From NCBI GenBank assembly GCA_051294375.1, contig CM119268.1:1757486-1821485 (forward strand): a stretch of DNA of 64,000 bases, given 5' to 3'. The stretch's first letter is position 1, and each line of letters starts with the position of its first letter. Origin of the DNA: Paraspadella gotoi (lineage: Eukaryota > Animalia > Chaetognatha). The notes beneath the pieces were generated by a model. That model was not told the DNA's origin and ran no database searches. It was given only the letters and a program-made list of their open reading frames with translations. Both the position numbers and the translations under genes were made by a program. Of this stretch, positions 13,300 through 26,063 are shown in pieces.

Positions 13300-13632
13300 T
13301 CATCGGCCGGCGCTGTCGTCACCAGTTCTCGGCCCGCACCGACGGACGGCGTGCTCATCAGGTTGAACATCTGCAGAAACAAAAGGGATAGAAAATGTTT
13401 TTTTGAATGTTGTGTGTGTGTGTGTTGTGTGTGTTGTGTGTGTGTGTGTGTGAAAGAGGATTAAAAAAGAAAGAAAAAAAGTGGAGAGGTTTTCATTCTT
13501 TTGAAATTCGGTTAGAAAAAAAAAAATCAAGCGATGCTGACAGAAGATGATGAGGCTAGATTTAAAAAAAAAGAGATAAAAGAAAAAACTGAGAGGTACG
13601 AGTGAAAGTGAGACAGAGGGTGAGAGTGCGGA

Positions 13633-13680
<48 letters not shown>

Positions 13681-13799
13681 GATGAGAAGACGATGAGGAG
13701 AGAGAGAGAGAAAGAAAAAAAGAAGATGATGAGGAAGATTTAAAAAAAAAGAGATAAAAAGAAAAATATAGAGATCGTACGATGAGAGTGAGACAGAGG

Positions 13800-13844
<45 letters not shown>

Positions 13845-16800
13845 AGAGAGAGAGAGGAGAGAGAGAGAGAAAGAAAAAAAGAAGAGTGAGGGTAGATTTA
13901 ATAAAAAAGAGATAAAAAAGAAAAAACTGTGAGATGCGTACGAGTGAGAGTGAACAGAGCGGAGATGAGAGAGAGAGACGAGAGGAAATAGAAAAACTGA
14001 AAAAAAAGTATCATTCTTGCCAACTGTCTTGCACGAATGGTTTGGCTTGTAATAATTTTCGGTCACAATTTAGTTCACAGCTCAGATAGCGAAAAACGTA
14101 ATGACCAAAATCATTTCAATTCGTTATTGACTCTTTCTCTGTCTTCTCTCTTCTCTCTCTTTATCTCTCTCTCTCGAGAGAGAGAGTGAAAGAGAGACTA
14201 ACTTTGAATTGATTAATAAAATGAGGTGAGAAAAAAAGGTTTAAAAAAAAATTTGAAGCTAGACATAAAGTAAATAAATGCGTAACCAAAATAAAAAGAA
14301 AGAAACAACTAAAAAAAAAAAACAAACAAAAAAACAAAACGAAGAAACAAGGAAATCGAGCTGGCAAGAAAGCAACCGAGTGACAACTGACAAAAGAAAA
14401 GTCCCCCCCCACCAAGTCTCTGACCACGTTGACGAGCGTGAAGGGCTCCTTGACGAATCCTCGGGCGACGAAGTAGTTGAGGCTTTCGGAGTCGATCTTC
14501 GGGTCGACGAGGAGGATCGCCGCCCGCAGCGTCTCGTCCACGACCGTCTCGTCGCCTTCGGGAAGGACGAGGCTTCTCTCGATCTCACCGCAGTATTCTG
14601 AAGGGAGGGAGGGACGGGGGAAAGGGGAGAGGTAGGGGATTAGGGAGAGGGGAAGGAGGAAAGAGGGAGGGGAATAGAAAAAGGGTTGTTCACCGCGTCC
14701 CCTGGGATTAACTAAAGGCCAAATGTTCAAAAGGTTGTAGATTTGGCATGAGAGGAGATGACATAGAATTAATCTGTTTATGAGAAATTATGGAATAGAA
14801 TCATGAGAGGAATGACATAAATTAATCTGTTTATGAGAAATGGGAAATAGAATCATGAGAGGAATGACATAAATTAATCTGTTTATGAAGAAATCGAATA
14901 GAATCATGAGAGGAATGATGACATAAATTAATCTGTTTATTGAGAAATGGAAATAGAATCATGAGAGGAGATGACATTAAATTAATCTGTTTATGAGAAA
15001 TGGGAATAGAATCATGAGAGGAGATGACATGAAATTAATCTGTTTATGAGAATGGGAAATAGAATCATGAGAGGAGATGACATAAATTAATCTGTTTATG
15101 AGAAATGGAAATAGAATCATGAGAGGAGATGACATTAAATTAATCTGTTTTTACTAGAAATGGAAATAGAATCATGAGAGGAGATGACAAAATTAATCTG
15201 TTTATGAGAAATGGAAATAGAATCATTAGAGGAGATGACATAAATTAATCTGTTTTATGAGAAATGGAAAATAGAATCATGAGAGGAGATGACATGAAAT
15301 TAATCTGTTTATGAGAAATGGGAATAGAATCATGAGAGGAGATGACATAATTAATCTGTTTATGAGAAATGGAGAATAGAATCAGAGAGGAGGATGATGA
15401 CATAAATTAATCTGTTTATGAGAAATGGGAATAGAATCATGAGAGGAGATGACATAAAGTAATCTGTTTATGAGAAATGGAAATAGAATCATGAGAGGAA
15501 TGTACATAAATTAATCTGTTTATGAGAAAATGGAAATAGAATCATGAGAGAGAGATGACATTAAAAGTAATCTGTTCATGAAAAATGGGAAATAGAATCA
15601 TGAGAGGAGATACATAAATAATCTGTTCATGAGAAATGGGAATAGAATCATGAGAGGGATGACATAAAGTTAATCTGTTTATGAGAAATGGGAATAGAAT
15701 CATGAGAGGAGATGACATAAAATTAATCGTGTTTATGAGAAATGGACAACTAGAATCATTGAGAGGAGATGACCATAAAAGTAATTCTGTTCATGAGAAA
15801 TGGAATAGAATCATGAGAGGAGATGACATAAATTAATCGGTTTATGAGAAATGGGAATATAGTCAAGGAACCTTTGCGCTCGGCTTCGTCCTGCGCCTTA
15901 ATTTCGTTCATGAAAGGTCCCAAGTTTCCTTCGTCGTCTTCAGTGAAGAGCATCTGCAAAATAAACGTGAAAATAAATGTAATAATAATGAAAAATAATA
16001 AATAATTAATAATACAATATAATAATAAATAATTTGTAGACACATTTTTTTCCGCAACAAATGGTCATAGAAAACTTCGGAAAACCACCATTCGATTCGA
16101 AATAAAATTCTCTTTCGAATGATGTGCTATATGATTAACTTATTTAAAGATTTCGCTTGACCGCGGCGCGTCAAAGTTCCACATGCGTCAGATTCATTGA
16201 TTTACGTATATTTTGAAACGTTAAAGGGATCTTATGTGAATGTTTTAATCATTATGGATTGAAATGAATGTAAAACTCGATGTAGTTGTAGTTTATTAAA
16301 AATTAATAAAAAAGTATTAAGCAAAATATACCAGAAGTGTAATTTTAATATTTTTAAACCAATTTATCTTTTTCTCATGAAAGTGACGGCAGAAGCAAAC
16401 AATTCTTGCTTTGTTATTGTTAACTGAATCTTTAAACTTGAAGTTCATAAAGACACTTTGTTTGGCTTTGGGTGAGATGGACGATGTTCTTCAATGCCCT
16501 GAAGCATTGCTTCGTGTTGCGTTTTATTACGGGTTATTGAACCGTTGTAATCACTTGCAAATTTAACCACCCTCTCTGCAGCATCATTGAGTGGCGAAAA
16601 TCCATTTACAAGCTTGCAGAATGAGTGTGTAGTTGGCGTTATCATTCCATTCTTCCACAGGTTTCGACAAAAAAGATGGCTCAAAGTGACAAAGCTGTGT
16701 AAATAAATTATAATTGTCATTGAAATTAGATATAATTAAATATAAAATTATTGATAAAATATTGCAAATGAACCTGAAAAACAACCATGAATCAGCCGAA

Positions 16801-19800
16801 ATGTAATCTTCTAATTTGCTGTTTTCATATACGCGTGGTATTTCCGGCTTTCCATTTCTACTTGGACCTTTTCAGAGCTCAAGAAAGCTTCAGCCATCGC
16901 CATTCTAGTCAGATATTCGGTATGTAAATCCATCTTTCTTAGTGCAGCATGGACCCATATCGCGATCCCTTGATCGCCACGCCATTAGATCTTCATGAAG
17001 GGAGAATAAGGAATGGAGCATCCGCCATGAATGGACAGCAGAACCAGTAATAAGAAATGAATGTACAAGATGTAATAAGACATCACCCAAGACATCCATT
17101 TTTCTGCTGGTGACTCAAAAACGAAAAAATCACCAACGATCAGCATTTTGAGAATGTAGAGGCAGCTACCATCCAACGGGCGTGATTTATCGTGCTAAGC
17201 CTTTTTGTCATGGGAAGTTGAGCTTCTTTCAATAAGGAACTGAGAAGGAAAGAGACGAGATCAACTGACTTCATATTAATTTATTATGAGTGTGCTTTTG
17301 GCAATATAATGATAATTGATTTCTAAAATCTAAATAAATCTGCAAACTACAAAGCATTTTGTGCATAATTATTTATCTAATTTTACTCTATTCGTATTCT
17401 ACTAAAAATATGACATTGTAACCTTTTTCCTTAGTTTTTTGTCTGAAAAAGAGAAATTCTAGAGCTACGACATGAGCAGTCTCGTTTTTATCTCGTTGTT
17501 TTTAGGCTGAGTGTAAAAAAATGTCAAAGAACCGTTCCAATACTGCTGCCCCTTTTGGTGGTTTTGCCGGCGGTGGTCGAAAGTTCGCTAAGCGCTTGCA
17601 AATACCAAATTCGGGAAACAGAGGAAACTGTAGCAGAACGAGTGTTCATGATTAATGGACTGTCTGTAAAAAAAGATATTATCTAATAAATTAAACAAAG
17701 AATAACTATCTATCAGTCACCGAAATTTAATAATTAACTAAATTATATCGAAAAATGATAAATATTGTAACTGAAAAAAGAGTTCATTTGCATGTTGTGA
17801 TCTAGTTGCTTTCAACTCGCCTGGGTCAAGCGAAATATTTTTAGAAATGAATTAAATTATATACCAAACGAAAGAGAATTTTATTTCGAATCGAATGGTG
17901 GTTTTCCGAGTTTCTATGACCATTTGTTGCGGAAAAAAATGTGTCTAATAATTTGGCTTAATTCAAAATTTTAGATTTGGATGCAGAGTTTTATTATAGA
18001 TTTAAATTTAGAATTTAACTATTACGTATTAGTAATATTAGTAGTATTAATATTAGTAAAAACTATTACAAAACCTTGTAGTTGACGCCAGGGGCGGGGA
18101 TGGGCGTCGGTTCCAAACCCGACGCCGCCGCCGTAGAGACGGCGTCTTCGGCGACAACGCCGGAGCCTCCAGTCGACGGTGGCATCGGAAGGGTGGCTAG
18201 GATGAGAATCGGGATACAGTTGCAATATTATTTCTAAATTGGTCGCATGTGTATTGTGTAGCATGTGTATTAGGGTGGAGTGATGAAAAGATTGAGTGAT
18301 TGAACATTATTTTTTTGCTGCCTATGGACATATAATTAATGAATTTTAAATCCTTTTAAAAATTTTTTTAGCATAACAGTATAGCAAATTCAATTATTTA
18401 TGTAGTAATATCCTTATAAAATCGTTAAATTTCAAAATAATTTTTTTTTATTTTTAAGAACTGATTTGGATTCGCGGTAAAAAACTAAGAAACTTTTATA
18501 AAATATGTTATATGATATTTTAATGTTTAGATCACAAAAAATGACTAAAACGTTTTAACATATATAAGTTTCTACTACAGAGAATAAAAAAGTCAGGAAT
18601 TTTTACCTTTTTTCTTATTTTAAACATTGAAGATGACAGAATTTTTGATAACATGTTTTATATTTTTGATTCAACTTTTTATGAAGAATCTGAATCTTTA
18701 TTAAAAGTTTTATAAAAATTATTTTTAAAATTTACTATTTTATAAGGATATTACTACAAATATATTATATTTTGCTATTCTGTTCCCGAGATAATATGAA
18801 CGAAATATTTTTTGTACTAGTTAATCATACTATCTCACATCTAAATATCATTGTTCGATCATTCAAATAAATTTTTTGTTCTTGAGTGCTCCACTCTAAT
18901 GTGTATGTAGCATGTATATTTCGGGCATTTCTATAAGTTCACCCCGCCTATAAGCATGGGCCCTTCAGTCGTGACCCGGTGGCTCATTGAGTGGTGTCTA
19001 CCCTGGGGGAAACTTGAGGACGGCCGTAAACGGCCTTGGGGGCGTGGAAAACACTCAAGCCTGGTTCCGGGCCCAGGACCCGTTCCATGGCTGCAAGAGG
19101 GGGTTAAAGAAGTTGCGGATAGCACTCTTCAGTCCAGTGAGCCCCCTTAACCACACATGTTACTCTAGTTGAAATCAATACGAATCTGGAATCACAGAAA
19201 ATTATTAAATTGGCCTTTGGATTTTCTCTATCGTAATCCTTCCGTTTCCGCTCAAGACACAAACCTTCGCTGGTTCCGGTGGGCGGTGGCGCCGGCGCGT
19301 TGGTCGATCGATTCTGCGACACTGAAGGTTCCGAGATCGAGGACAATTCTTCGTCGATCTGTTGAACAGGGGGGGGTGTTGGATGAGATGGTAGGCGAGT
19401 CGGTGGAGAAAGACGATTCGATTTTGAAAAGACGTGATTATGAAATTGGTACAACCAATATAAAAATTATCCATTCATTTAATAAATAAGCTATCTTGCC
19501 CCTGACTTTGGACAGGCTTTGGTGGTTTAAGGCCTCCATCACTCTTACAAGATAATGACATAGCAGGTCCCTGCAAGCTTTCAATCAAGACTCTCTCACA
19601 GTCTCGTTTATTCACTCCCAGAGTACCTGGCTTCCCTATCAATGAAGTGGTATAATATTTCAAAGAATGTTTCAATTGTATGAAAAGACCACTTTATATA
19701 TTTTACTACTTTATTATATTTTACTTATTTTAATATAATAAATTTTTCGTTTTCTTTTTAAAAGGCTCATTCAAGCAGAGGAATCCGTTGAGTACTTCAT

Positions 19801-20652
19801 ACGATGAATGACCAATGAGAGACGATGTTAAAAAGATTTTAAAAAGTTGATGGGATCTTTATAATATTCTGTATATAATTTTTTTCTTTTTCTTTCTTTT
19901 CTTTTCCTGTTCGTTCTCAAGAGGTCGCCTCGATCTCGTCCGATGATGGATTCGGCGGCAAAAAGAAAAAAAAGATCATCGTTCGTCTCATTCCTCTTTT
20001 CGTCATTGACCGACGATCGTTCCTTCTCTTTTCACGATGACCTCCGCGTCACGTGATCGCTTCACGGGGAGAACGTTGCATATTAATCACGAGGCCATCA
20101 ACCTTTTCAAATTTATAATGGGTATACGACATTTGTGATAAAGATAAATATAATAATATATGATATACTAAAATTATATCCATAAACAGAAAGGAGTCAT
20201 AAAAAAACCTTTATCCCAAAACAAATTATCCTCTCCACCCCTTTTTGTTTTGTGTTGTATAGATGCTCCCTCTATGCTCTATTTCCTGAACACAACACTA
20301 ATTGAATCTAATACTTATGTGAAATATACTCAACCTTTATATTATTTTAATTTTTTTTTATAATTCAGTCTAATATAGTGAAACAATATTATAATATAAC
20401 AATTATAAATTGTATAAAATAATGCAATAAATAGTATTAAAATATCAACGCATGAAACGGATTGATCATGTAGCTAAAATTATTTTTAAAAAATTAATTA
20501 AAAATAATTTTAAAATAGTATTTGCAAAACGAAGGATTACCGACGCCCACGTGCGAAATTTCTTTTCCTTCTGATAATTCGATTTGAGATTTTATTGATT
20601 TTAAAACAACAAAAGCAATAAAAAGCTTCGACTGTGGGCGAAGTCCGCCCAC

Positions 20653-20713
<61 letters not shown>

Positions 20714-23700
20714 CTCGACCTTCGCCTTCAAAACGTCAATCCTCTCCTGCGTCTTGAAGGGAAAGAACTTCCGCAAGATGGCGACGATCTCTTCGACGGG
20801 GATGGTTCCCTCGACGCCCTCGGCCGCCGTCATTTCCGCCAACAGCGTCGTCGACGTCACGAGGAAATCGTGGTGAATCTTCTCGTCCATTTCATCCGTG
20901 ATGACGCGACGAAAGTTTTCGATCTGCGGATATCTGGATTCAATCGTAGTGAATTTAGTAAATAATCAATTATTCGAACGAATGATATATATATATATCA
21001 AACAAACAAAAAAATCATTTAAACAATCGCTTGTAAAGTAAATAAATAAATCAATCAATCGCTTAATAAATCAATCAATCAATTTGAACGAGAAAGGCTC
21101 TACTTCCCCGAATGCCTGACCTATAAAGCCTTCCCAAGGCGTCGTGGAGATTGTAGGCCCACTCGACGGACATCGTCTCGATCGGAAACTTCTCGCCGAG
21201 GTAGTCGGCGACGAATTCTCCCATTTTTGCCAGTTTCTTCTCTTGGCCGCCTGGCGTGAAGTTAATTAATAAATAAATAATTAATCAATAAAACAATCAT
21301 AATCGTTTTACTTTTGTCTCGTTTCGCAAGCTAAATTTTTATTTTGAGCGACAGTTCTCAATAACTTGATTATATAAGTCGAGGTAAAATTCAGTCATAC
21401 CCGCGAGTTTTTCCCGCCAGATGTCCTTGATAAGCAGCGCCGTATCGCGGCGCCCCAAGCGGCGATTCCGAACTTTTCCCTCGTAGCGGAGATAAAAGGG
21501 AATTTCGACCCCACGTCCTTTGCCTTCGAAATACTCGGCGGTGTCGCTAGTGTCGTTGCCTGGTGTTTGGTTTGGAATTGGCAAAAAAACATAAATAAAT
21601 ATCGTGTTTTATACTATAACTGCTATAAAAATGCTAAAAATAATTGGAACAGACCCTTTTTTAAAACAAAAGGACAAATTAATAAGTAATAAATTTCTTG
21701 TCCGCTTGACTCAACGAGCATTACAAAATTTTATCTCCTTACCTGAACAACGACTAACGACCATCTCCATAATTTGTGCACTTGTTTTAGCCCGAACCAT
21801 TTCGTGCCACTCGTCCACATTACCGGTAAACATTTCATAGCAAATGTCCCAATCAGGACGCGGAGTGGCGCTGCGACGCAATGTCTCGCATTCCTTTCAC
21901 AGAGAGAAAAAAAAAGGAGCAAGGTTGAGTTCCATATTAAAATTGCAAAATGACTTGTTTTAAATATTTTACGAAAGCATTACATGTAATTTTGATATCT
22001 AATTTTTAAAAAAATTCGTGACGGACCTGGTTAAGCTCATCCCTCTGACGACAGGCTTCGGCATGAGCTGCGACGAGCGCTTCGTGATCCTCGCGAAGCT
22101 GCTTCAAGTCGTCCGTCGTCGACTCGCTCATCTCTTGGAGGTCGTTGAACCGTTTCTCGAGGTTCTCGAAGTCTCGTCGGGGAATGACGTCCTAGGAAAC
22201 GGACATATAAATGAATAAATAAATGAATGATTGAATGAATGAATGAATGAATGAATGAATAAAACATAAATAAATATATAAGTACATAAATACCTGATAG
22301 TTGGCTTCCATCGTCTTCAGTTCCCAAGTGATTCGATCCAGATCCTCTCGGGCTTTTTTCAAGGCAATCTGGGGCGAAGAAAATCAAATGGAATAAATGT
22401 GTAACGATAATTTCGCTTTTTTAGTGTTACCTTTAGGAAGACGGGATCGCCTTCGTCTTTCTGCGACTGCGGCGTCCCGCTGAGTTGATTGAGAAGTTCC
22501 TCTTGTTGATAACGCAGATCGTTGATGTCGGAAATTAACATTTTCCGAGCGTCGCATTCCTTTCGATAGTTTTTGTATTGTTCAGAGACTTCTTCCTGAT
22601 TTTAAGGTGTAAAGTTATAAGATTGAACAGATGGCAGATTATTCGAACTTTACAATATATTTAACATCTTCCATACATGAATATCACAATTATATGAAAA
22701 TTGTGTCAAATACAAATAATAAAGCTGTTTTGTATATCTTTAAAATTATTTTTTTATATTACGTATCTTTTCCTTTCTAATTATTTTTTCTGTATTGTTT
22801 AGTGTGTTAATTGTTGCTAATGTATTTTAACGTGGGCTTATGTTTCATTAACTTAATATGAATAAAAATAAATATACAAATACACAAACCAAACAACACC
22901 GCTCATGAGAACCCTAGATTCACAAGGTAGTTGTCTTTACCTGTAACCTCTCGACGTTAGATTGCAACGATTTCTCGTCCTCTTTAAGACGCGCAATGTG
23001 TTTTTTCAACGCGCTGTTCATTTGTTTTAATTCTAAAATCTCTTGACGTTCTTCGTCCCGAAGCGCCATCACCTGAAGACGCCATGGTTTTCAGCGAAGG
23101 ATGTCAAATGTCAAAAAGCTTTTATTTAAGCATCTTTACCTTCTGATCGCATCTCTCGGATACTGTCACGAGCATTTGTTTCAGAGGTTCCAGCTCCCTG
23201 ATCTTATCTCTAAGGTGCGTCAGCATGAGATCGTACTCGTTTTTTACCGACGCCAAGAGGGGACGGTATGTCTTGAAGTCTTGGATGAGATACTCGAACA
23301 CTTCTCGATGAACCTGCAGACGTGCTTCCGACGGACCCCTATCAGGGCAGCCCAACGCCCGTAACTCATGAGCCAAATATTTTTCCAACTGATCCAAGAA
23401 CTTTGGTTTAGGGAACGAGGGAAACTCGGCGGGGGCGTGGTAGTTGTTAGATCTGCGCGGAAAGATTATTATCGACTTCATAATATAATAATAATAATAA
23501 CAATAAAACGCCATTAAAAATTAATCAACCTTCTGTCAAGACCAACAACGGGTCCTTGGACGGCTTGGTTGCTGGCGTAGGCTGGCCAAGACTCGATTTG
23601 CTCATCGCCGCTAGACGTCAAAAACGTTCTCGACGGAAGATTGAATATTTGCCGGTCCCCCTCTATCGTGCCCACCTGCGCATGTTAACAGAAAATTAAA

Positions 23701-24123
23701 ATTGATTGTATAGTCATGTGCAAAAAGAACGCGTCACTTTATATCAGCCCTTATGAATTACCCTGTGATATTTTTAAAAAACTTAAAAATAAATTAAATT
23801 TTTTTAAAAATAAAAAGTTTAATATATTTTTTGTTTAAAAATGTTCTAGCTGCTTATGAGCAGTGATTTTTTAAAATAAAATACTCTACAGCAAAGCTAA
23901 ACATGAATATATTTGATTCATTGATATTTTTTTTCCAATATTTTTTTCTTCTTTTAACAGGAAATTAATTCTAGTTGATTAAATATAAAAAAATTGTACT
24001 AAATATCTGAAGAGATAGGTGGATTAACTGGATTAACCCAAATTATTTACTCACATTATAAGAAGTAAGAGGTCCGACTTCTTCGTCTTTCTGATGAATC
24101 GATGGCAATTTGGCCGAGTTCAT
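13300..24123 (-). CDS. TSNAXIP1: Translin-associated factor X-interacting protein 1 (about 16 exons; 3' end uncertain)
   Basis: ATG at 24123 (MNSAKLP..). Exons give PKPKFLDQLEKYLAHEL..FEYLIQDFKTYRPLLASVKNEY, LISDINDLRYQQE, TPRPDW, IPFYLRYEGKVRN, FPFKTQERI, LFTEDDEGNLGPF, VDPKIDSESL and VRRCGPR, colinear with the TSNAXIP1 sequence as I recall it. Confidence 0.9.
14748..15860. repeat. Intronic minisatellite, unit about 52-54 bp, about 21 copies
   Basis: Unit aatagaatcatgagaggagatgacataaattaatctgtttatgagaaatggg repeated in tandem with small indels. Confidence 0.95.
16037..17947 (-). mobile_element. Internally deleted hAT-superfamily DNA transposon with transposase remnant
   Basis: TIRs of about 80 bp starting TAGACACATTTT. 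Perfect 8-bp TSD ATAATTTG (16029-16036 and 17948-17955). Minus-strand fragments INHARWM..CLYILKM and PLNDAAERVVKFASDYN..IEEHR with frameshifts. Confidence 0.9.
18271..18898. mobile_element. hAT-type MITE (628 bp)
   Basis: Ends TAGGGTGGAG..CTCCACTCTA. Perfect 8-bp TSD ATGTGTAT (18263-18270 and 18899-18906). Subterminal inverted repeats (tgtagtaatatccttataaaa / ttttataaggatattactaca). Confidence 0.88.
19439..19693 (-). repeat. Dispersed ~250-bp element carrying a twister-like fold (copy 1)
   Basis: Homologous end to end with 48389-48628. Its terminal 21-mer also occurs at 3001-3021 and about 35114-35134. Confidence 0.85.
19492..19554 (-). ncRNA. P5-type twister ribozyme candidate C
   Basis: Minus strand: UAUCUUGU-aag-AGU-GA-UGGA-ggccu-UAA-ACC-AC-caaag-CCUG-UCCA-AA-GU-CAGG-g-GCAAGAUA. 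Confidence 0.7.
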
Positions 24124-24267
24124 ATTATAATTTTTAACTCGAAGGTCCGATTAAAAAAAATTTCTGTTTTTTAACAACATGCTAAAACAGAATTTGCTCG
24201 ATTCTCTCCGAGAAATCCTGCCTATTGTCAATTGAGAACGAAAAAAAAACTTGAAATACACCAAACC

Positions 24268-24281
24268 GTTTCCATGACAAC
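24268..24281. promoter_or_regulatory. RFX X-box (TSNAXIP1-proximal)
   Basis: GTTTCCATGACAAC, about 145 bp from the TSNAXIP1 ATG in the divergent spacer. Confidence 0.8.
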
Positions 24282-24482
24282 CGGGAGAGAGAAAATAGGA
24301 ATCGATGTTCGTTCTTATCAAACGGTTAGAAAAGATAAATCTTAGATGTTTAAAATGAAAATAAAAGTTAACAAAACGATTTGTTCTCCCTTAAAAATTA
24401 GCAAATAACCTTTTTGTTTCGTTGTAAATATATGTTGTCCTTTTGTCTAATTTTCCTTTTCGCTCGTGCTGCGGATTTGACG

Positions 24483-24496
24483 GTTGTCATGACAAC
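24483..24496. promoter_or_regulatory. RFX X-box, perfect palindrome (WDR92-proximal)
   Basis: GTTGTCATGACAAC, about 280 bp upstream of the WDR92 ATG. Confidence 0.85.
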
Positions 24497-24775
24497 ATTA
24501 AAACCATCCTGCGCATATTATTTTTTTTTCTCATTTTAATTAAAAATTCAACTGAAAACATATTTTTGGATAATAATAATTCGTTAATAACAGGAAATTT
24601 GCGAAGCATATCTTTTGAATCGCTTTATTTTTATGAAATTGTTACCACAGATAATTTTAGAAAGACAATTCTAACTCGATTTAATTTCACTAACCATATC
24701 CGTAGTTTGAATTACACAATTTGACTGATTGGGTTTAGTTTGAGGGATTTAAGAACGAGAGGTTTTTCCATCGCC

Positions 24776-25852
24776 ATGGCCGACAACAATCCTTTAGACA
24801 AACCGCAAATCATCGGTCACGTGGAAAAGTCCGTCGCCTTCACCCTTTACGACGCCAAGTGGATTCCGTCTTCGGCGAGATTCGTCGTCGTCGGGAGTCA
24901 CCCGCGCAACACCGGCGCCCTCCAGATCTACGAAATCGACAAGGGCGACGTCAAGCTCGTCAAGGAAACGGAAAAGGGCGCGGCGTTCAAGTGCGCCACC
25001 TTCGGCGCCTCCTCTCTCGCTAATCGTCATCTGGCGACGGGCGACTTTTCGGGCAACGTCCACATCTGGGATTTGGAGCGAATTCACGTGCCCATCTTCA
25101 CCGCCAAGGGTCACGCGGAGATCATCAACGCCATCGACGGCGTCGGCGGCGGCGGTATCGGCGAAGGCGCGCCGGAGATCGTCACCGGAAGTCGAGACGG
25201 TGTCGTCAAGATCTGGGACCCGCGACAATCTTCTCCCGTGGCGAGTATCGAGCCGGCCGAGGGAGAGACCAAACGCGATTGCTGGACCGTCGGCTTTGGC
25301 AACGCCTACTCGACCGAGGAACGCGTCGTCGCCGCCGGATATGACAACGGTGACCTCAAACTCTTCGATCTTCGCACCATGAGCCTCCGATGGGAGACCA
25401 ACCTCAAGAACGGCGTCTGCGGCCTCCAGTTCGACCGCAAGGATATCGAGATGAACAAGCTCGTCGCTACGACTCTCGAATCCAAGTTCTTCGTCTACGA
25501 CATGAGGACTCAGCATCCCAAAGAAGGCTTCGCCTCGCGGTCGGAAAAGGCGCACAAGTCGACCATCTGGTCCGTGAAACATTTGCCGCAGAATCGCGAC
25601 GTCTTCATGACGCTTGGAGGAAACGGGAGCCTCAACCTGTGGAACTACGAGTATCCGGAGAAAAGGACGAAGAAAGAAGGGGATCACCTCAAGGGCGTGC
25701 CGGGCAGCGTGCATCTCCTTAACAACGTCACCATGTCCACCCAGCCCATTTCCGGCTTCGATTGGCATCCAGACAAATTAGGGTTGGCAGTGTGTACGGC
25801 TTTTGATCAGGCGTTGAGGGTTGTTATCGTTACTAAGTTAAATCGGATATAA
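24776..25852 (+). CDS. WDR92: WD40 protein WDR92/DNAAF10 (dynein assembly factor), intronless CDS
   Basis: [72 protein letters not shown]. Confidence 0.95.
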   Translation: MADNNPLDKPQIIGHVEKSVAFTLYDAKWIPSSARFVVVGSHPRNTGALQIYEIDKGDVKLVKETEKGAAFKCATFGASSLANRHLATGDFSGNVHIWDLERIHVPIFTAKGHAEIINAIDGVGGGGIGEGAPEIVTGSRDGVVKIWDPRQSSPVASIEPAEGETKRDCWTVGFGNAYSTEERVVAAGYDNGDLKLFDLRTMSLRWETNLKNGVCGLQFDRKDIEMNKLVATTLESKFFVYDMRTQHPKEGFASRSEKAHKSTIWSVKHLPQNRDVFMTLGGNGSLNLWNYEYPEKRTKKEGDHLKGVPGSVHLLNNVTMSTQPISGFDWHPDKLGLAVCTAFDQALRVVIVTKLNRI

Positions 25853-26063
25853 AAATTACCCGATAACCTCATGTTAACTCCAGCAATATTATGCGTTTTT
25901 TATAATTTTAAAAACCTAAGGCGGTGAATATTAATATTATTTTTTTAATAAAAGACCGCATGAACTAGAAATTCTGCACAGCAGACTTATTTATATTTAT
26001 ACAAAGCACTGTTTATTTTGTCAAAACCATAGCTATTTTTAGTCATTTTCCGCTAGATAAAAG

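Noticed and set aside
11570-14170. Inverted (11570-11760 vs 12640-12810) and direct (11900-12190 vs 13880-14170) duplications
   Set aside because: They are riddled with indels and sit next to N-gaps and microsatellites, so most likely noisy gap-fill or misassembly.
14748-15860. Regular repeat array considered as CRISPR-like
   Set aside because: Pure tandem units with no unique spacers in a eukaryotic intron: a minisatellite.
24794-25768. 324-aa antisense ORF over WDR92, and similar ORFs over TTC21B and RPAP3
   Set aside because: Shadow frames expected from GC-rich third codon positions; no recognisable motifs.
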